Below, one piece after another: positions 18,936 through 28,991 of a DNA stretch of 64,000 nt. The DNA lies in the NCBI GenBank assembly GCA_949288265.1, contig CASEJM010000015.1, forward strand, positions 2,052 to 66,051, written 5' to 3'. The notes below the pieces were generated by a model. It was not told where the DNA came from, ran no database searches, and worked only from the letters and a program-made list of their open reading frames with translations. This DNA comes from an uncultured Pseudomonadota bacterium. Lineage in GTDB: Bacteria; Pseudomonadota; Alphaproteobacteria; Rs-D84. The position numbers and the translations under genes were made by a program. Every line of letters begins with the position of its first letter. Position 1 is the stretch's first letter.

Positions 18936-18981
18936 ACTAATATTTACTTTCATTTTTAATTTAAACGGGTATAATCGCGAT

Positions 18982-20025
18982 ATGTTAAACAGAATTAAAT
19001 CGTGGTTTCTGCCGGCAGCCACCCAAACAACAGCCGGTCAATTGGCCGAAAAATTCGGTCTAAAATTACAAGGTAACCCAGAAACAATCGTTCGTGGGGT
19101 TGCACCTATTGCGGACGCAAGACCAGGGCAATTGGCTTTCTATTCTACGGAACAAAATAGCTCTGCTTTTAAAATATTACCAATCGAAGTTTTAAAAAAC
19201 ACCAGGGCAAGCGTGATTTTGCTTCAACCAGAACAAGTTTCCAACGCCCCTAAGGGTGCCACATTATTAATCACTGAATCTCCACGTGGTAATATTGTAA
19301 AAATATTAGGTGAAATTTATAAAGAACCTCCTCGCTTTGGTATCAGTAAACACGCAACCATTGAACGTGGGGTATTTTTTCGCAAAAAAAACACTGTATA
19401 CGTTGCTCAATATGCAACTATTGAACGCGGCGCAGTAATAGAAGAAGATGTAAAAATTTACGCGGGTGCTTATATAGGTAGAAATGTCACAATTGGTCGG
19501 GGTACAATCGTTCAGACTGGTGCACATATAGAAAATGCAACCATTGGGGCAGAATGTGTCATAAACGCGGGTGCTGTAATCGGTAAGGACGGTTTTGGTT
19601 ATACTCGTCAGAACGGTCACAACGTATTTATTCCTCATGTTGGTCGTGTCGTTATAGGCAACCGTGTTTCAATCGGCGCAAATACATGCATTGACCGTGG
19701 TGCATTAACAGACACAAAAATCGGAGACGGAACAAAAATTGATAACTTATGCCAGATTGCTCATGGGGTTGTAATTGGATCAGAATGCTTTCTGGCCGGC
19801 GGGGTCGGTTTAGCAGGTGGTACCGTTATCGGGGATCGCGCTTTATTAGCCGGGCAAGTAGGAATTGCGAATGGCGTCCATATTGGTAACGACGCAGAAG
19901 TTGGTGCACATAGCGGGGTTTTCAGAGACGTTCCTGATGGTCAACGCCATATGGGTTATCCAGCTGGTCCAGGAACAGAATTTATGCGTCATTATGCTTG
20001 GTTACGCAAAAACGCAAAACATTAA
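18982..20025 (+). CDS. lpxD: UDP-3-O-acylglucosamine N-acyltransferase
   Basis: N-terminal LpxD domain plus extensive left-handed beta-helix hexapeptide repeats (IGxxVxIGxxxxI). Confidence 0.9.
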   Translation: MLNRIKSWFLPAATQTTAGQLAEKFGLKLQGNPETIVRGVAPIADARPGQLAFYSTEQNSSAFKILPIEVLKNTRASVILLQPEQVSNAPKGATLLITESPRGNIVKILGEIYKEPPRFGISKHATIERGVFFRKKNTVYVAQYATIERGAVIEEDVKIYAGAYIGRNVTIGRGTIVQTGAHIENATIGAECVINAGAVIGKDGFGYTRQNGHNVFIPHVGRVVIGNRVSIGANTCIDRGALTDTKIGDGTKIDNLCQIAHGVVIGSECFLAGGVGLAGGTVIGDRALLAGQVGIANGVHIGNDAEVGAHSGVFRDVPDGQRHMGYPAGPGTEFMRHYAWLRKNAKH

Positions 20026-20042
20026 AAATAGGAGAGTAATAA

Positions 20043-20495
20043 ATGATTGATGCAAAAGGTATCGAAAAAGTCATACCGCACCGCGGTGATATGCGTTTAG
20101 TTGATGAAATTCGTGAATACAATCAAACAAGTGGTGTTGGCATTAAATACGTACGTGAAGACGAGTTCTGGTGCAAAGGTCACTTTCCTGGGAACCCAAT
20201 TATGCCTGGTGTTTTGATTGTAGAAGCGTTAGCTCAAACTGCATGTTTTATCGCAATGTCTCAATTAGGTATCACAGGCGGGAAAAGTCTTGGTTATTTT
20301 ACAACCATGGAAAGAATCAAATTTTCTCATATGGTAAAACCTGGTGACGTTCTTGAATTGCACGTGGAATTAGTTATGTCAAAAATGCGTTTATATAAAT
20401 TCCACGGTATAGCCATGGTAAGCGGTAAAAAAGTATCTGAAGCTACTTTTACGGCAATCATAGACGCCGCGGCAACTTCTCCGGAACAAAAATAA
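20043..20495 (+). CDS. fabZ: 3-hydroxyacyl-ACP dehydratase FabZ
   Basis: Hot-dog fold motifs IPHRGDMRLVD and FWCKGHFPGNPIMPGVLIVEALAQ. Confidence 0.9.
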   Translation: MIDAKGIEKVIPHRGDMRLVDEIREYNQTSGVGIKYVREDEFWCKGHFPGNPIMPGVLIVEALAQTACFIAMSQLGITGGKSLGYFTTMERIKFSHMVKPGDVLELHVELVMSKMRLYKFHGIAMVSGKKVSEATFTAIIDAAATSPEQK

Positions 20496-20524
20496 AAATC
20501 CCGCCAAAGCGGGATTTTTATTTT
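20496..20524. terminator. Bidirectional terminator (ATCCCGC-caaa-GCGGGAT flanked by A/T runs) between fabZ and the convergent TPR gene
   Basis: Read directly from the sequence. Confidence 0.6.
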
Positions 20525-20541
20525 ATCACAAATCAAAGTAA

Positions 20542-21531
20542 CTATTGTAATTCCGCAATAAGATTTTGAATTCTACTCATACTAGTATTATCAACCAAAG
20601 CTACAGCTATTGTATATGCAGAATCTAAATCGCTACGTGCGGCATCTGTATTACCCAAAGCTAAATTCAAAGCAGCAGACTTTTCAAAATAGGACATTGC
20701 GTTACCAGACAAACTTTCACGTTCTGCCGCACTTGTTGCCCCTTGAATCTGTTCTGATATTACACGAATAGCAGAAGCATAATCATTTATTGCGTCCGCA
20801 TAATTACCTAATTGAGTATAAGCTTCTGCGCGTTCCGCATAAACCGAAGGTGAAACCACGCCATCTGGACGCGCCAAAGAATTCGTATAATCTGCAACGG
20901 CACCTTCCCAATTTTTCAACCATAAATTCAACTGCCCTCTTTTTGCATACAAATCACGTACTTGTAAAACAGCCGAAGGTTTCGCTGTTTGTGCCGCCAA
21001 CGCATTATTTATATCAGATAATGCCGTCGCATAATCTTCCAATCTCATATTCAACAGCGCACGGTCATAATAAGCAATCGCATTTACCTGATCCATTTCA
21101 ATTGCACTATTAAAATCTGATAAAGCCTCACGATAGTTTGCGCTTTGCATATAAGCTTCGCCACGCAATATATACATTTCTACGGTTGCATTTCCAGCAT
21201 CAATCGCGGTGGTTAAATCAGAAATAGCTTCAGAAATATTACCAGCAACAAGCTTTACTTTTGCATTTTCATAATAATCTGATGCCTGTAACAACGCCTC
21301 TTCTGTAATTTCGACATTATTTGCCGGTGCATTTACATCCGTACACGTACCATGGCTGCGCCCTAAAATATAAAAAGTTGCAGCAATAAAGAATAATATT
21401 ATGAACCAATAAACGTAAATAGACAAAGACCACGGACTAAACGATTGCTTTGCATTTGCGGTCTTAGGTGCAATAACTGCACGAGCGTTTTTCTTAACTA
21501 CCTGCTTCTTATTGGTGGTATTTTTTTTCAT
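20542..21531 (-). CDS. Membrane-anchored tetratricopeptide-repeat (TPR) protein
   Basis: N-terminal basic region plus one TM helix, then repeated AxxYxxRAxxY/TPR-like 34-aa units. Confidence 0.55.
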   Translation of the reverse strand: MKKNTTNKKQVVKKNARAVIAPKTANAKQSFSPWSLSIYVYWFIILFFIAATFYILGRSHGTCTDVNAPANNVEITEEALLQASDYYENAKVKLVAGNISEAISDLTTAIDAGNATVEMYILRGEAYMQSANYREALSDFNSAIEMDQVNAIAYYDRALLNMRLEDYATALSDINNALAAQTAKPSAVLQVRDLYAKRGQLNLWLKNWEGAVADYTNSLARPDGVVSPSVYAERAEAYTQLGNYADAINDYASAIRVISEQIQGATSAAERESLSGNAMSYFEKSAALNLALGNTDAARSDLDSAYTIAVALVDNTSMSRIQNLIAELQ

Positions 21532-21561
21532 GCTAAAACTCCCTCTTCCTTTAAAAGGATT

Positions 21562-22260
21562 TTAGAGAGTTTTTAACAACGCGTCAATTGTTTTCTGTTC
21601 AATTTTGCGTATTTTTCCAACAGATAAATTTCCCAGCTTTATCGTCCCAAAAGAAACCCTATGTAATTTTATCACGGGGCACCCACAAGCACGTAAGACA
21701 ATACGTACCTCATTCTTTTTACCTTCTGTAACCCGAACTCGTAACATATTATTCTTACCAATTCTTATTTCCATTGGTCTGTATTGAATACCATCAACAA
21801 CCATGCCTTGCCGCGCACGTTCTAAACCAACAACATCTAACTTAGAGACTCTTGCTATATATTCCCTAGGGATATTAGAAGCCGGTAACGTTAAACGACG
21901 CGCTAAATCGCCATCATTCGTAAGCAGCAATAACCCCGTAGTTTTAAAATCCAATCGCCCAACATATTTAAGATTTTTATATTCTTTATCAAGATAATCA
22001 TATATTGTTTTACGCCCCATCGGATCGTGAGCCGTAGTCATAACATTTATGGGCTTGTTAAACGCATATAACTTTATTTTTTCTTTTCCGTAAATAACTT
22101 TACCGTTAACAGAAACGACGTCTGTATCTTCAATAAAAACAACAGGGGTATCAATTATTTTTCCGTTTACGCTTACAAGACCGCGTGCTATTAAGTTTTC
22201 TGCCGCTCTTCGTGACGCAATACCACTATCTGCAATAAATTTTGCCACACGCACACTCAT
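21562..22260 (-). CDS. rluB: RsuA/RluB-family pseudouridine synthase (S4 domain plus catalytic domain)
   Basis: S4 motif GIASRRAAENLIARGLVSVNGK and catalytic GRLDFKTTGLLLLTNDG. Confidence 0.75.
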   Translation of the reverse strand: MSVRVAKFIADSGIASRRAAENLIARGLVSVNGKIIDTPVVFIEDTDVVSVNGKVIYGKEKIKLYAFNKPINVMTTAHDPMGRKTIYDYLDKEYKNLKYVGRLDFKTTGLLLLTNDGDLARRLTLPASNIPREYIARVSKLDVVGLERARQGMVVDGIQYRPMEIRIGKNNMLRVRVTEGKKNEVRIVLRACGCPVIKLHRVSFGTIKLGNLSVGKIRKIEQKTIDALLKTL

Positions 22261-22913
22261 AACACAATCCGTCCTACTGCAATTGCTGCGGCTAATTCCG
22301 CGCGCAATATAGTTTTACCTAAACCGATCCCCTTCGCACCAGAAGCATCCAAAGCCTTAAATTCAGAATCAGAAAAACCACCCTCTGGTCCAATGAAAAT
22401 TGTATTCGCATTCTTTATCGTTTCTGTTACTTTTGCGCCATAAACCACACGTTCATCTGCAAAAACAATTTTAGATAAATCTAATTCATTAAATTTAACC
22501 TCAGGTAAAATCTGAGGGATACTATTTCTGTTTGACTGTTCTGCAGCTTCTATAATAATTTTCTTCATACGGTCCCAGTTTATATGTTGTGCAACTGTAC
22601 GTTCAGTAATTACGGGTTGAAATGCCCGTACCCCCATTTGCGTTGCCATATTTAATAAATCATCCGTACGTTTTATCGGAGCAAACATTAAAGTTATACC
22701 ATTTGCTGGGTCCTTATGTTCCGTTTCATTACCTATAATTATGAAATTACCATCATAAGTTAAATTAGCTTTAAACTCTTTGCCTGCCCCGAAGCCAAGG
22801 AATTCGTCACGTCTCATCACGTGCTTTAAATAATGTACAATATCACGAGAAGCAGGTATTTGCATTCCTGATTCTAAAACTTCACCAAGATAAACCCGAG
22901 GAATATTTTTCAT
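22257..22913 (-). CDS. rsmE: 16S rRNA m3U1498 methyltransferase RsmE
   Basis: RsmE-like N-terminus MKNIPRVYL (the ORF-track start at 22970 is probably too long) and the C-terminal SPOUT motif GPEGGFS. Confidence 0.7.
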   Translation of the reverse strand: MKNIPRVYLGEVLESGMQIPASRDIVHYLKHVMRRDEFLGFGAGKEFKANLTYDGNFIIIGNETEHKDPANGITLMFAPIKRTDDLLNMATQMGVRAFQPVITERTVAQHINWDRMKKIIIEAAEQSNRNSIPQILPEVKFNELDLSKIVFADERVVYGAKVTETIKNANTIFIGPEGGFSDSEFKALDASGAKGIGLGKTILRAELAAAIAVGRIVL

Positions 22914-22969
22914 AAAGTTTTTTAATTCTGATTTATAATCTTTAAAAATTCTGATATAATCATAACACA

Positions 22970-25192
22970 ATGGTTGAAAAATTCAAGATTTTATCCGCAG
23001 GTGGTAAGTCTAAAGGCTTGAATATATTCAAGTCCTCTGCTTATAAAGAACATCAGCGAACCCCGATGGCTTCGCTGTTTTGGTCTTTACGCTGGTCTGT
23101 CGGTATATGGCTGGTTTGTGCACTGGCATTTGGACTATCTTTCTGGATTGAACACATATGGCGTTATGGTTGGTCACCTGCAACTGCACATTGGTCTGCT
23201 TTATATTTCAATAATATGTTAACAAGCGGTGGAATATCTATATTGGCAGAAGTACCTGCATGGTTCATAAGAACGCTGTTACGTACGGATATTGCTTGTA
23301 TGGTACCGTTGCTACCCATAATCGCTTATTTCTTTATGTCAGATGCGACACTAGTCAAAGAATTTAACCCATATGGTAATGATAAATTTGACGAGAAATC
23401 TTCTAATAAAGCCACGAAAGAAGATATAGAAAAAATGGGACTTTTAAAGGGTTTTATGATGGTATTAGGGTATTTTAAGAAAAAACCCTTAATGATGAAC
23501 GAATGTTTATCCGCATTATGTGTTGCGCCTCCGGGGACAGGTAAAACATATGGCGTTGTTGTTCCTACCATATTTGAATGCAACGAAGTATCTATGATTA
23601 TTAACGATCCGAAACCAGAATTGTACCAATGTACGTCTGCATACCGTTCTACGATTGGGCCTGTGTTCATTATGAACTGGGCGGGTCAAGACGACCCAGA
23701 ACGTGGAATTTACTATCCGTCTTGGAATCCGTTATCACCGGAACACGTGCCATTTAACCAAGAACAACGTGATTTGTATGTTGATTCAATATGCAACGTT
23801 TTGGTAGCAGACAAAGCGTCTTCAACCGCGGATCCACACTGGACTATTTCTGGGCGTGCCGGATTATCTGGATTAATTCAATTCATGATTTCTAAAGTAG
23901 AACGCGCGAAAGCCGATGATTATTTTTATTCGCGTATAACTTCCGGTACGTTTGATGAAGAAGACGCGGCAGTTCTTGGTGATTATTACTTATCAATGAT
24001 GAACGATCCTAACGCTTACGCGGCATACGCTTTGCTACAAAAAGGCGAATTGAATGCTATGAATTATGTTCACATTGGTACGTGGGATAAAATACCCGAT
24101 TCTTGGAAAGGTAAAGAAGCGTCTTTGTCAATGATTTTAGACTGGATAAATTCCAGTCAAATTGGTCTTGCACAACAACAAGAAGAACGCCGCCGTCAGG
24201 GCGATCAAATGGTAATGATGGAAGACCCTATGCACGACTTATTTATGAATGCCGTTGATGAAGCGCGTAGGTATTCATACGCACATAGGGCTGTTTTAGA
24301 ATTAACGCAATTAGCAAATACACCTGACAAAGAACGCGGGTCCATAATATCTACTATAATGGCGGGACTATCAATATTCCGTAACGCAGCTGTACGCAAT
24401 CGCACCAGCCATTCAGATTTCCACTTTTCTGATTTACGCGGACTACGCGATCCACGCGACGGTAAGATAAAGCCCGTTACAGTATATCTATCAATTAACA
24501 TGGTTGATGCAGAAGCTTTAAACCCAATTACAGGCATATTCATTGAATTAATGACTAACTTCTTATTGGCAAATAAACCAGAGCAAGAAAATAACGGTGA
24601 AAGACTGGGGCCATATCCTGTATTATTCATATTAGACGAAATGCCAAAGATGCAAAAATTACAGGCAGTTATACAAGGTCCAGATCTTGGGCGCGGTCAG
24701 AAAGTTTCATATTTAATCATCGGTCAAGACTTACACCAAATTCAAGAAAAATATGGGGCAGATGCGGCAGCTACTATTATATCCACTACGGCGGCAAAGG
24801 TTGTTTTACGACAAAACGACCCAGATACAGCCCAACGTTTCTCTGGCATGATGGGGTATAAAATTAAAATAAAGACAGTAAAAGGTCCTGACGGCAAAGA
24901 AACAGAAGAGAAAAGCCAAGAACCATTATATTCCCCGATGGACATTATGAAGCTTGATGATAAAAAACAATTGGTTATATTCCAAGGGTGGTATCATCGC
25001 CCTATAGAAGCCGACAAACAAATGTCATTTGCGGACCCACGTTTATCCAGTTATATGGCAATGGGGGCATGCAGTCCGCTGCCAGAATTCTTAATACCAG
25101 CGCATCATGTGGCCCTTGGTTATTCTGGTAATCCACGAATGTATATTCCGCAAACAAAAGAAATAAAGGAACTTGAACCAATAAAAAAATAA
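22970..25192 (+). CDS. virD4: Type IV secretion coupling protein, VirD4/TraG family (T4CP)
   Basis: N-terminal TM segments. Walker A-like region CVAPPGTGKTYGVVVPT followed by NDPKPELY...AYRSTIGPVFIMN...WNPL, which parallels VirD4 (APTRSGKGVG...NDIKGELY...GYR...FNPL). Walker B-like VLFILDEMPKM. No other T4SS genes in the window. Confidence 0.7.
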   Translation: MVEKFKILSAGGKSKGLNIFKSSAYKEHQRTPMASLFWSLRWSVGIWLVCALAFGLSFWIEHIWRYGWSPATAHWSALYFNNMLTSGGISILAEVPAWFIRTLLRTDIACMVPLLPIIAYFFMSDATLVKEFNPYGNDKFDEKSSNKATKEDIEKMGLLKGFMMVLGYFKKKPLMMNECLSALCVAPPGTGKTYGVVVPTIFECNEVSMIINDPKPELYQCTSAYRSTIGPVFIMNWAGQDDPERGIYYPSWNPLSPEHVPFNQEQRDLYVDSICNVLVADKASSTADPHWTISGRAGLSGLIQFMISKVERAKADDYFYSRITSGTFDEEDAAVLGDYYLSMMNDPNAYAAYALLQKGELNAMNYVHIGTWDKIPDSWKGKEASLSMILDWINSSQIGLAQQQEERRRQGDQMVMMEDPMHDLFMNAVDEARRYSYAHRAVLELTQLANTPDKERGSIISTIMAGLSIFRNAAVRNRTSHSDFHFSDLRGLRDPRDGKIKPVTVYLSINMVDAEALNPITGIFIELMTNFLLANKPEQENNGERLGPYPVLFILDEMPKMQKLQAVIQGPDLGRGQKVSYLIIGQDLHQIQEKYGADAAATIISTTAAKVVLRQNDPDTAQRFSGMMGYKIKIKTVKGPDGKETEEKSQEPLYSPMDIMKLDDKKQLVIFQGWYHRPIEADKQMSFADPRLSSYMAMGACSPLPEFLIPAHHVALGYSGNPRMYIPQTKEIKELEPIKK

Positions 25193-25217
25193 TACCAGAA
25201 ATTCTGGTATTATTTTT
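25191..25217. terminator. Bidirectional terminator (perfect palindrome AATACCAGAA-a-TTCTGGTATT + T5) between virD4 and the convergent porin gene
   Basis: Read directly from the sequence. Confidence 0.6.
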
Positions 25218-26238
25218 AGAAAGTCAACCGCATACCAACTGCTAAGAACGGTGTTTCGGTTGTCATTCCCAGCGACATCCAAACATCGACATTTTCACTG
25301 TATTTATACCTGAATGACGCAATTGCCGTGTGGTCCATATAATCTTTAACATCACGATTCCAAACGCCAGTATCAGAAAATATATAAGTTAATGATACAC
25401 TATAATTCAAAATATCATAACTAATACCCGTACCAACTGCCAAACCGTCTGAAACAGGTCCGATTGGATTTTCATCATAAATTAATCTTGCCGTAACACC
25501 CCAAATCCAACTATTATATTGCAAATTCATTCCGCCAGAAACCTGGGCCCGCCAATCTGCATAAACGCGCGGCGTATACGCGTCTGTACGATAACCATCA
25601 GGATGCGACATAAAGGACGCCCCAAAAGCATATGCTGTTTTTACCTTACCAGAAGGCTTACGAATTTTTATCGCGGCGTCTAACGCATAATCATAATCAT
25701 CTGTTATACCAGAAATTGACAGCCCATATTGATTATCACCAATCGGCATAGTTGCAAGATTTAACCGCAACGCACTACGTCCAGTTGTAATTGTTGTATC
25801 AGAAATGACGGGACCCGCCGGATTTATTTTTTTATAAAATAAAGGTTTATCATTTACACGCAACCCACCAACGTCAGGCAAACCTACCCCCAACTTTCTA
25901 GCAATAGAATCTGTAAAACCTATTTCTGCCCGACCATAATTTACATTCTGCCAATATGTAAAAGCCTCTCGCATAAATTTATCTTCATCTATAGCCGCAG
26001 CATCTATAGCATATACCAAACCCAAAGTATTTCCATCTGTAACAAGATAGTCCATTTCCCCGCGAACCCGCCAGTCACCAATGAAATTTGGGGTTTCAAA
26101 ATCTGGTTCTAAAACACCTGCCGTACCATAACCCGTTAATTTCAAACCAAAGCGCCCACTATCATATTGTAAAGCACTTGCGGAATTAGAAATTACTGCT
26201 GCTAAAAATGCAGAAATTGCAAATATAGATATTTTCAT
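25216..26238 (-). CDS. Outer-membrane beta-barrel protein (porin-like)
   Basis: Signal peptide ending ASA, alternating amphipathic beta-strands, aromatic C-terminus ...GMRLTF. Confidence 0.5.
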   Translation of the reverse strand: MKISIFAISAFLAAVISNSASALQYDSGRFGLKLTGYGTAGVLEPDFETPNFIGDWRVRGEMDYLVTDGNTLGLVYAIDAAAIDEDKFMREAFTYWQNVNYGRAEIGFTDSIARKLGVGLPDVGGLRVNDKPLFYKKINPAGPVISDTTITTGRSALRLNLATMPIGDNQYGLSISGITDDYDYALDAAIKIRKPSGKVKTAYAFGASFMSHPDGYRTDAYTPRVYADWRAQVSGGMNLQYNSWIWGVTARLIYDENPIGPVSDGLAVGTGISYDILNYSVSLTYIFSDTGVWNRDVKDYMDHTAIASFRYKYSENVDVWMSLGMTTETPFLAVGMRLTF

Positions 26239-26240
26239 TA

Positions 26241-27152
26241 TTATGCTTCCTCGGCTTCTTTAAGTATCGCGGCTCTTAATTTATTATAAGCACGTTCTTC
26301 TATCTGACGCACGCGTTCACGAGATATACCATATTTCTGAGATAAAGACTCTAGCGTTGCAACAGGATCTGACAGGCGCCTTGCCTGTAATATTTCTCTA
26401 TCTCTTTCAGGTAACTTTTCTAGATTTTTGCGTAACAAATCATACCCGCGACGCCGAAATTCAATTTGCTCCATATTATCTTCAACGCTTGTTCTATCAT
26501 CTGGCATATTAGATAACACATCACGCGCATCGTCATCAGAATGTACAGGAGAATTTAATGAAACGTCACGTGCAGATAGTCGCGTTGACATACGTTTTAC
26601 ATCATTTTCTGGAACCTTAAGATAATCTGCAATTTGTTTTGTCTGTTCCTCGGACAAATTACCGTCCATTATACCCAAGGCTCGCTTGGCCCTATTTAAA
26701 TTAAAGAAAACGCGCTTCTGATTAGCAGACGTACCAATCTTTACGATTGACCAATTGTCTAAAATCGTTTCATATATTTCCGCTTTTATCCAGAACATAG
26801 CGTATGTAGAAAACCTGAACCCCTTTTCTGGATCAAATTTCTGTAACGCCTGCATCAACCCCATATTACCACTTGCTATTAATTCTGCAAAGGGTACGCC
26901 ATAATTTCTAAAATCATATGCAACAGAAACCACCATACGCAAATGACTGGCGACTAACTTTTCTGCAGCATTTTTATCTTTATCGCGCACCCATTTTTTT
27001 GCGTATTCATATTCCTCTTCGGCAGATAAAATAGGGAATTTCTGTATATTTTGAATATACTGGGCCAAACTGGTTTCGTCGTTTACCCCACGGGCTGCGA
27101 CCAGACTTTGACTTTGTACTGCCGGTAAAGCGTTCTTGATTTGCTTTTTCAT
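26241..27152 (-). CDS. rpoH: RNA polymerase sigma-32 factor RpoH
   Basis: Sigma-70 regions 2 and 4 plus the RpoH box (QKRVFFNLNRAKR, cf. QRKLFFNLR). Confidence 0.85.
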   Translation of the reverse strand: MKKQIKNALPAVQSQSLVAARGVNDETSLAQYIQNIQKFPILSAEEEYEYAKKWVRDKDKNAAEKLVASHLRMVVSVAYDFRNYGVPFAELIASGNMGLMQALQKFDPEKGFRFSTYAMFWIKAEIYETILDNWSIVKIGTSANQKRVFFNLNRAKRALGIMDGNLSEEQTKQIADYLKVPENDVKRMSTRLSARDVSLNSPVHSDDDARDVLSNMPDDRTSVEDNMEQIEFRRRGYDLLRKNLEKLPERDREILQARRLSDPVATLESLSQKYGISRERVRQIEERAYNKLRAAILKEAEEA

Positions 27153-27218
27153 AACTTTTATAGTATAGCAATAAAATAAGAATTATCAAGCCACCATAAT
27201 TAAGAGGAGAAATTTCAA

Positions 27219-27869
27219 ATGGCATCCATCTTGGAAAGAAATAAAAAGTTAAAACCAGCTAAAAAAACGCGCGAAGAATATGCAGAAGACGCTTTGTATC
27301 GCGAAGTTTGGGAAGAAGTAAATAATGATAAAACCATGGCTTTTATTAAAAAATATTCCCGACACATAATTGCAGGCGCACTGGCCGTAATGATTATTGC
27401 AACAATGGTTGTAATAGGCGTCAGAACTTATCATTCTCATAAAATAGCAATCGCAGAAAATTACGAATTAGCTGTACAAAAGTTAGACTCAAACATGTTA
27501 AATTCTGTTGCAGAAAACGCCGGGGGTGCAACGTCTGATTTAGCTTTATTTCAAGCATACTTATTAGACAACGACATTGAAAAATTAGAACGTTTAGCAA
27601 ACGAAGGTCATTCTCGTGATTTCCGTGATTTGGCGCGTCTTCATATTATAGGATTACGCGGTGACGATATGAGTGCCGAAGAAATTGAAAAATATTTATC
27701 ACCGTTAAACACGAAAAAATCACCGTATTATTATACAAGCAGACTGACAGTCGCAGAAAAATACTTAGCCGAAGGTGATAGAAAAAGCGCAAACAAATGG
27801 CTAGACATCATAATAAATGACGCAGAAGCTCCAGGGATGATTTCTGCTACCGCTCAGGCATTAAGATAA
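27219..27869 (+). CDS. yfgM: YfgM-like membrane-anchored TPR-like protein (UPF0070)
   Basis: Cytoplasmic N-terminus, a single TM helix (IIAGALAVMIIATMVVIGV) and an alpha-helical periplasmic domain. Position upstream of the bamB-like gene matches the yfgM-bamB-der order known from E. coli. Confidence 0.5.
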   Translation: MASILERNKKLKPAKKTREEYAEDALYREVWEEVNNDKTMAFIKKYSRHIIAGALAVMIIATMVVIGVRTYHSHKIAIAENYELAVQKLDSNMLNSVAENAGGATSDLALFQAYLLDNDIEKLERLANEGHSRDFRDLARLHIIGLRGDDMSAEEIEKYLSPLNTKKSPYYYTSRLTVAEKYLAEGDRKSANKWLDIIINDAEAPGMISATAQALR

Positions 27870-27884
27870 TACAGGTATAAACAG

Positions 27885-28616
27885 ATGCGAAAAATTGGAA
27901 CGATTTTTTGTTGTTTAATATTAGTGTCAGGTTGTGCAGAGCACGACCCCATATTACCAGGTGAACGTATACCAATTTTTAATACTAAAAACATAAAAAT
28001 ATTAAACCAGAAAATTGAAAACCTTCCTGAAACGGTAGACGTTACAACAGAAGAAGATTGCCCTTATACCCAAGATTCTTCTAATGTTATACGAAATGGG
28101 GACACAAAAATATTCAGTGGTTTTCCGACAAATAACGCCGTTGAAAGCGCACAAAAACCAATATGCAAAAGCGGTTATGTTTATGCAGGACTTACGACTG
28201 GGGAAGTTATAAAAATCGCCCCTAAAAGCCGTAAAATTATTTGGATAGCAGACGTGTTTCGCACCAGTAATATGACAGGTGGCGCATCAATAGTAGATAT
28301 TGTGGCCCCATTAATTGTACAAGATGGTTATGTATATGCCGGCGGTTTAGGTGACGCATTCTGTAAAATAAACGCCGCGTCCGGAGAAAAAAAATGGTGT
28401 ACAGAAATAAGTACTGCACTGCCATTTATAGTTATGGGGAATGCCGTATTTGTTACGGGTACAGATAACAGTCTTTACGCGGTTCGTACGTCAGACGGGG
28501 CAATATATTGGAAAACAGCGATAAAAGAACAAAACAAACCAACGTATGAAAAGAAAGTTATTACTGTTGGTAATGAAAAAATAAATGCCGAAACCGGCGA
28601 GAAATTATCTAAGTAA
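27885..28616 (+). CDS. bamB: PQQ-repeat (beta-propeller) lipoprotein, BamB-like but short (243 aa)
   Basis: Lipobox LVSGC. At least three blade-like repeats (GYVYAG...IIW, GYVYAGG...KKW, VFVTGTDNSLYAV...IYW). Full-length BamB is about 390 aa with 8 blades. Confidence 0.5.
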   Translation: MRKIGTIFCCLILVSGCAEHDPILPGERIPIFNTKNIKILNQKIENLPETVDVTTEEDCPYTQDSSNVIRNGDTKIFSGFPTNNAVESAQKPICKSGYVYAGLTTGEVIKIAPKSRKIIWIADVFRTSNMTGGASIVDIVAPLIVQDGYVYAGGLGDAFCKINAASGEKKWCTEISTALPFIVMGNAVFVTGTDNSLYAVRTSDGAIYWKTAIKEQNKPTYEKKVITVGNEKINAETGEKLSK

Positions 28617-28650
28617 TGAAAAGCCCGCATATTCTTGCGGGCTTTTTATT
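28617..28650. terminator. Rho-independent terminator (AAAGCCCGCA-tattct-TGCGGGCTTT + T-run)
   Basis: Immediately after the bamB-like stop; also downstream of the convergent tfa gene. Confidence 0.6.
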
Positions 28651-28976
28651 TAACCTTTATATTGATCAAACGTTTTAATTACAATCTCAGGAAAATCCTT
28701 TTGCTGCGGTATATCGCGCAAGTATTGCCGATATGATTTATAAAGCTTCTTTTCTTCGTCAGTAATAGGGAAATCAATAACCATATACTTATCTGTCTGC
28801 TTTAGCAAAAAATCTCGTTCTATGCGCTTTTCTTTGGCCAGATCTTTTATCACTTCTTCTAAGCGATATGTACCATTACCCAACGAAACGCTTTGTAAAT
28901 TTTTACCATTACGGTTATTCCAGTTTACAAAATCAATATGCTGTTCTTTATTAATAACTTGTCCTGATATAAACAT
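28650..28976 (-). CDS. tfa: Phage tail-fibre assembly protein (Tfa / Caudovirales tail fibre assembly chaperone)
   Basis: C-terminal motif YKSYRQYLRDIPQQKDFPEIV matches the Tfa signature (W..YR..LRDVPQQ.GFP). Lies directly downstream of the tail-fibre gene. Confidence 0.6.
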   Translation of the reverse strand: MFISGQVINKEQHIDFVNWNNRNGKNLQSVSLGNGTYRLEEVIKDLAKEKRIERDFLLKQTDKYMVIDFPITDEEKKLYKSYRQYLRDIPQQKDFPEIVIKTFDQYKG

Positions 28977-28991
28977 TGTCTGTCCTCCTCT

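Noticed and set aside
24205-24945. Minus-strand ORFs inside virD4 (24205-24630, 24742-24945)
   Set aside because: Antisense to the strongly supported T4CP coding sequence; no RBS or motifs.
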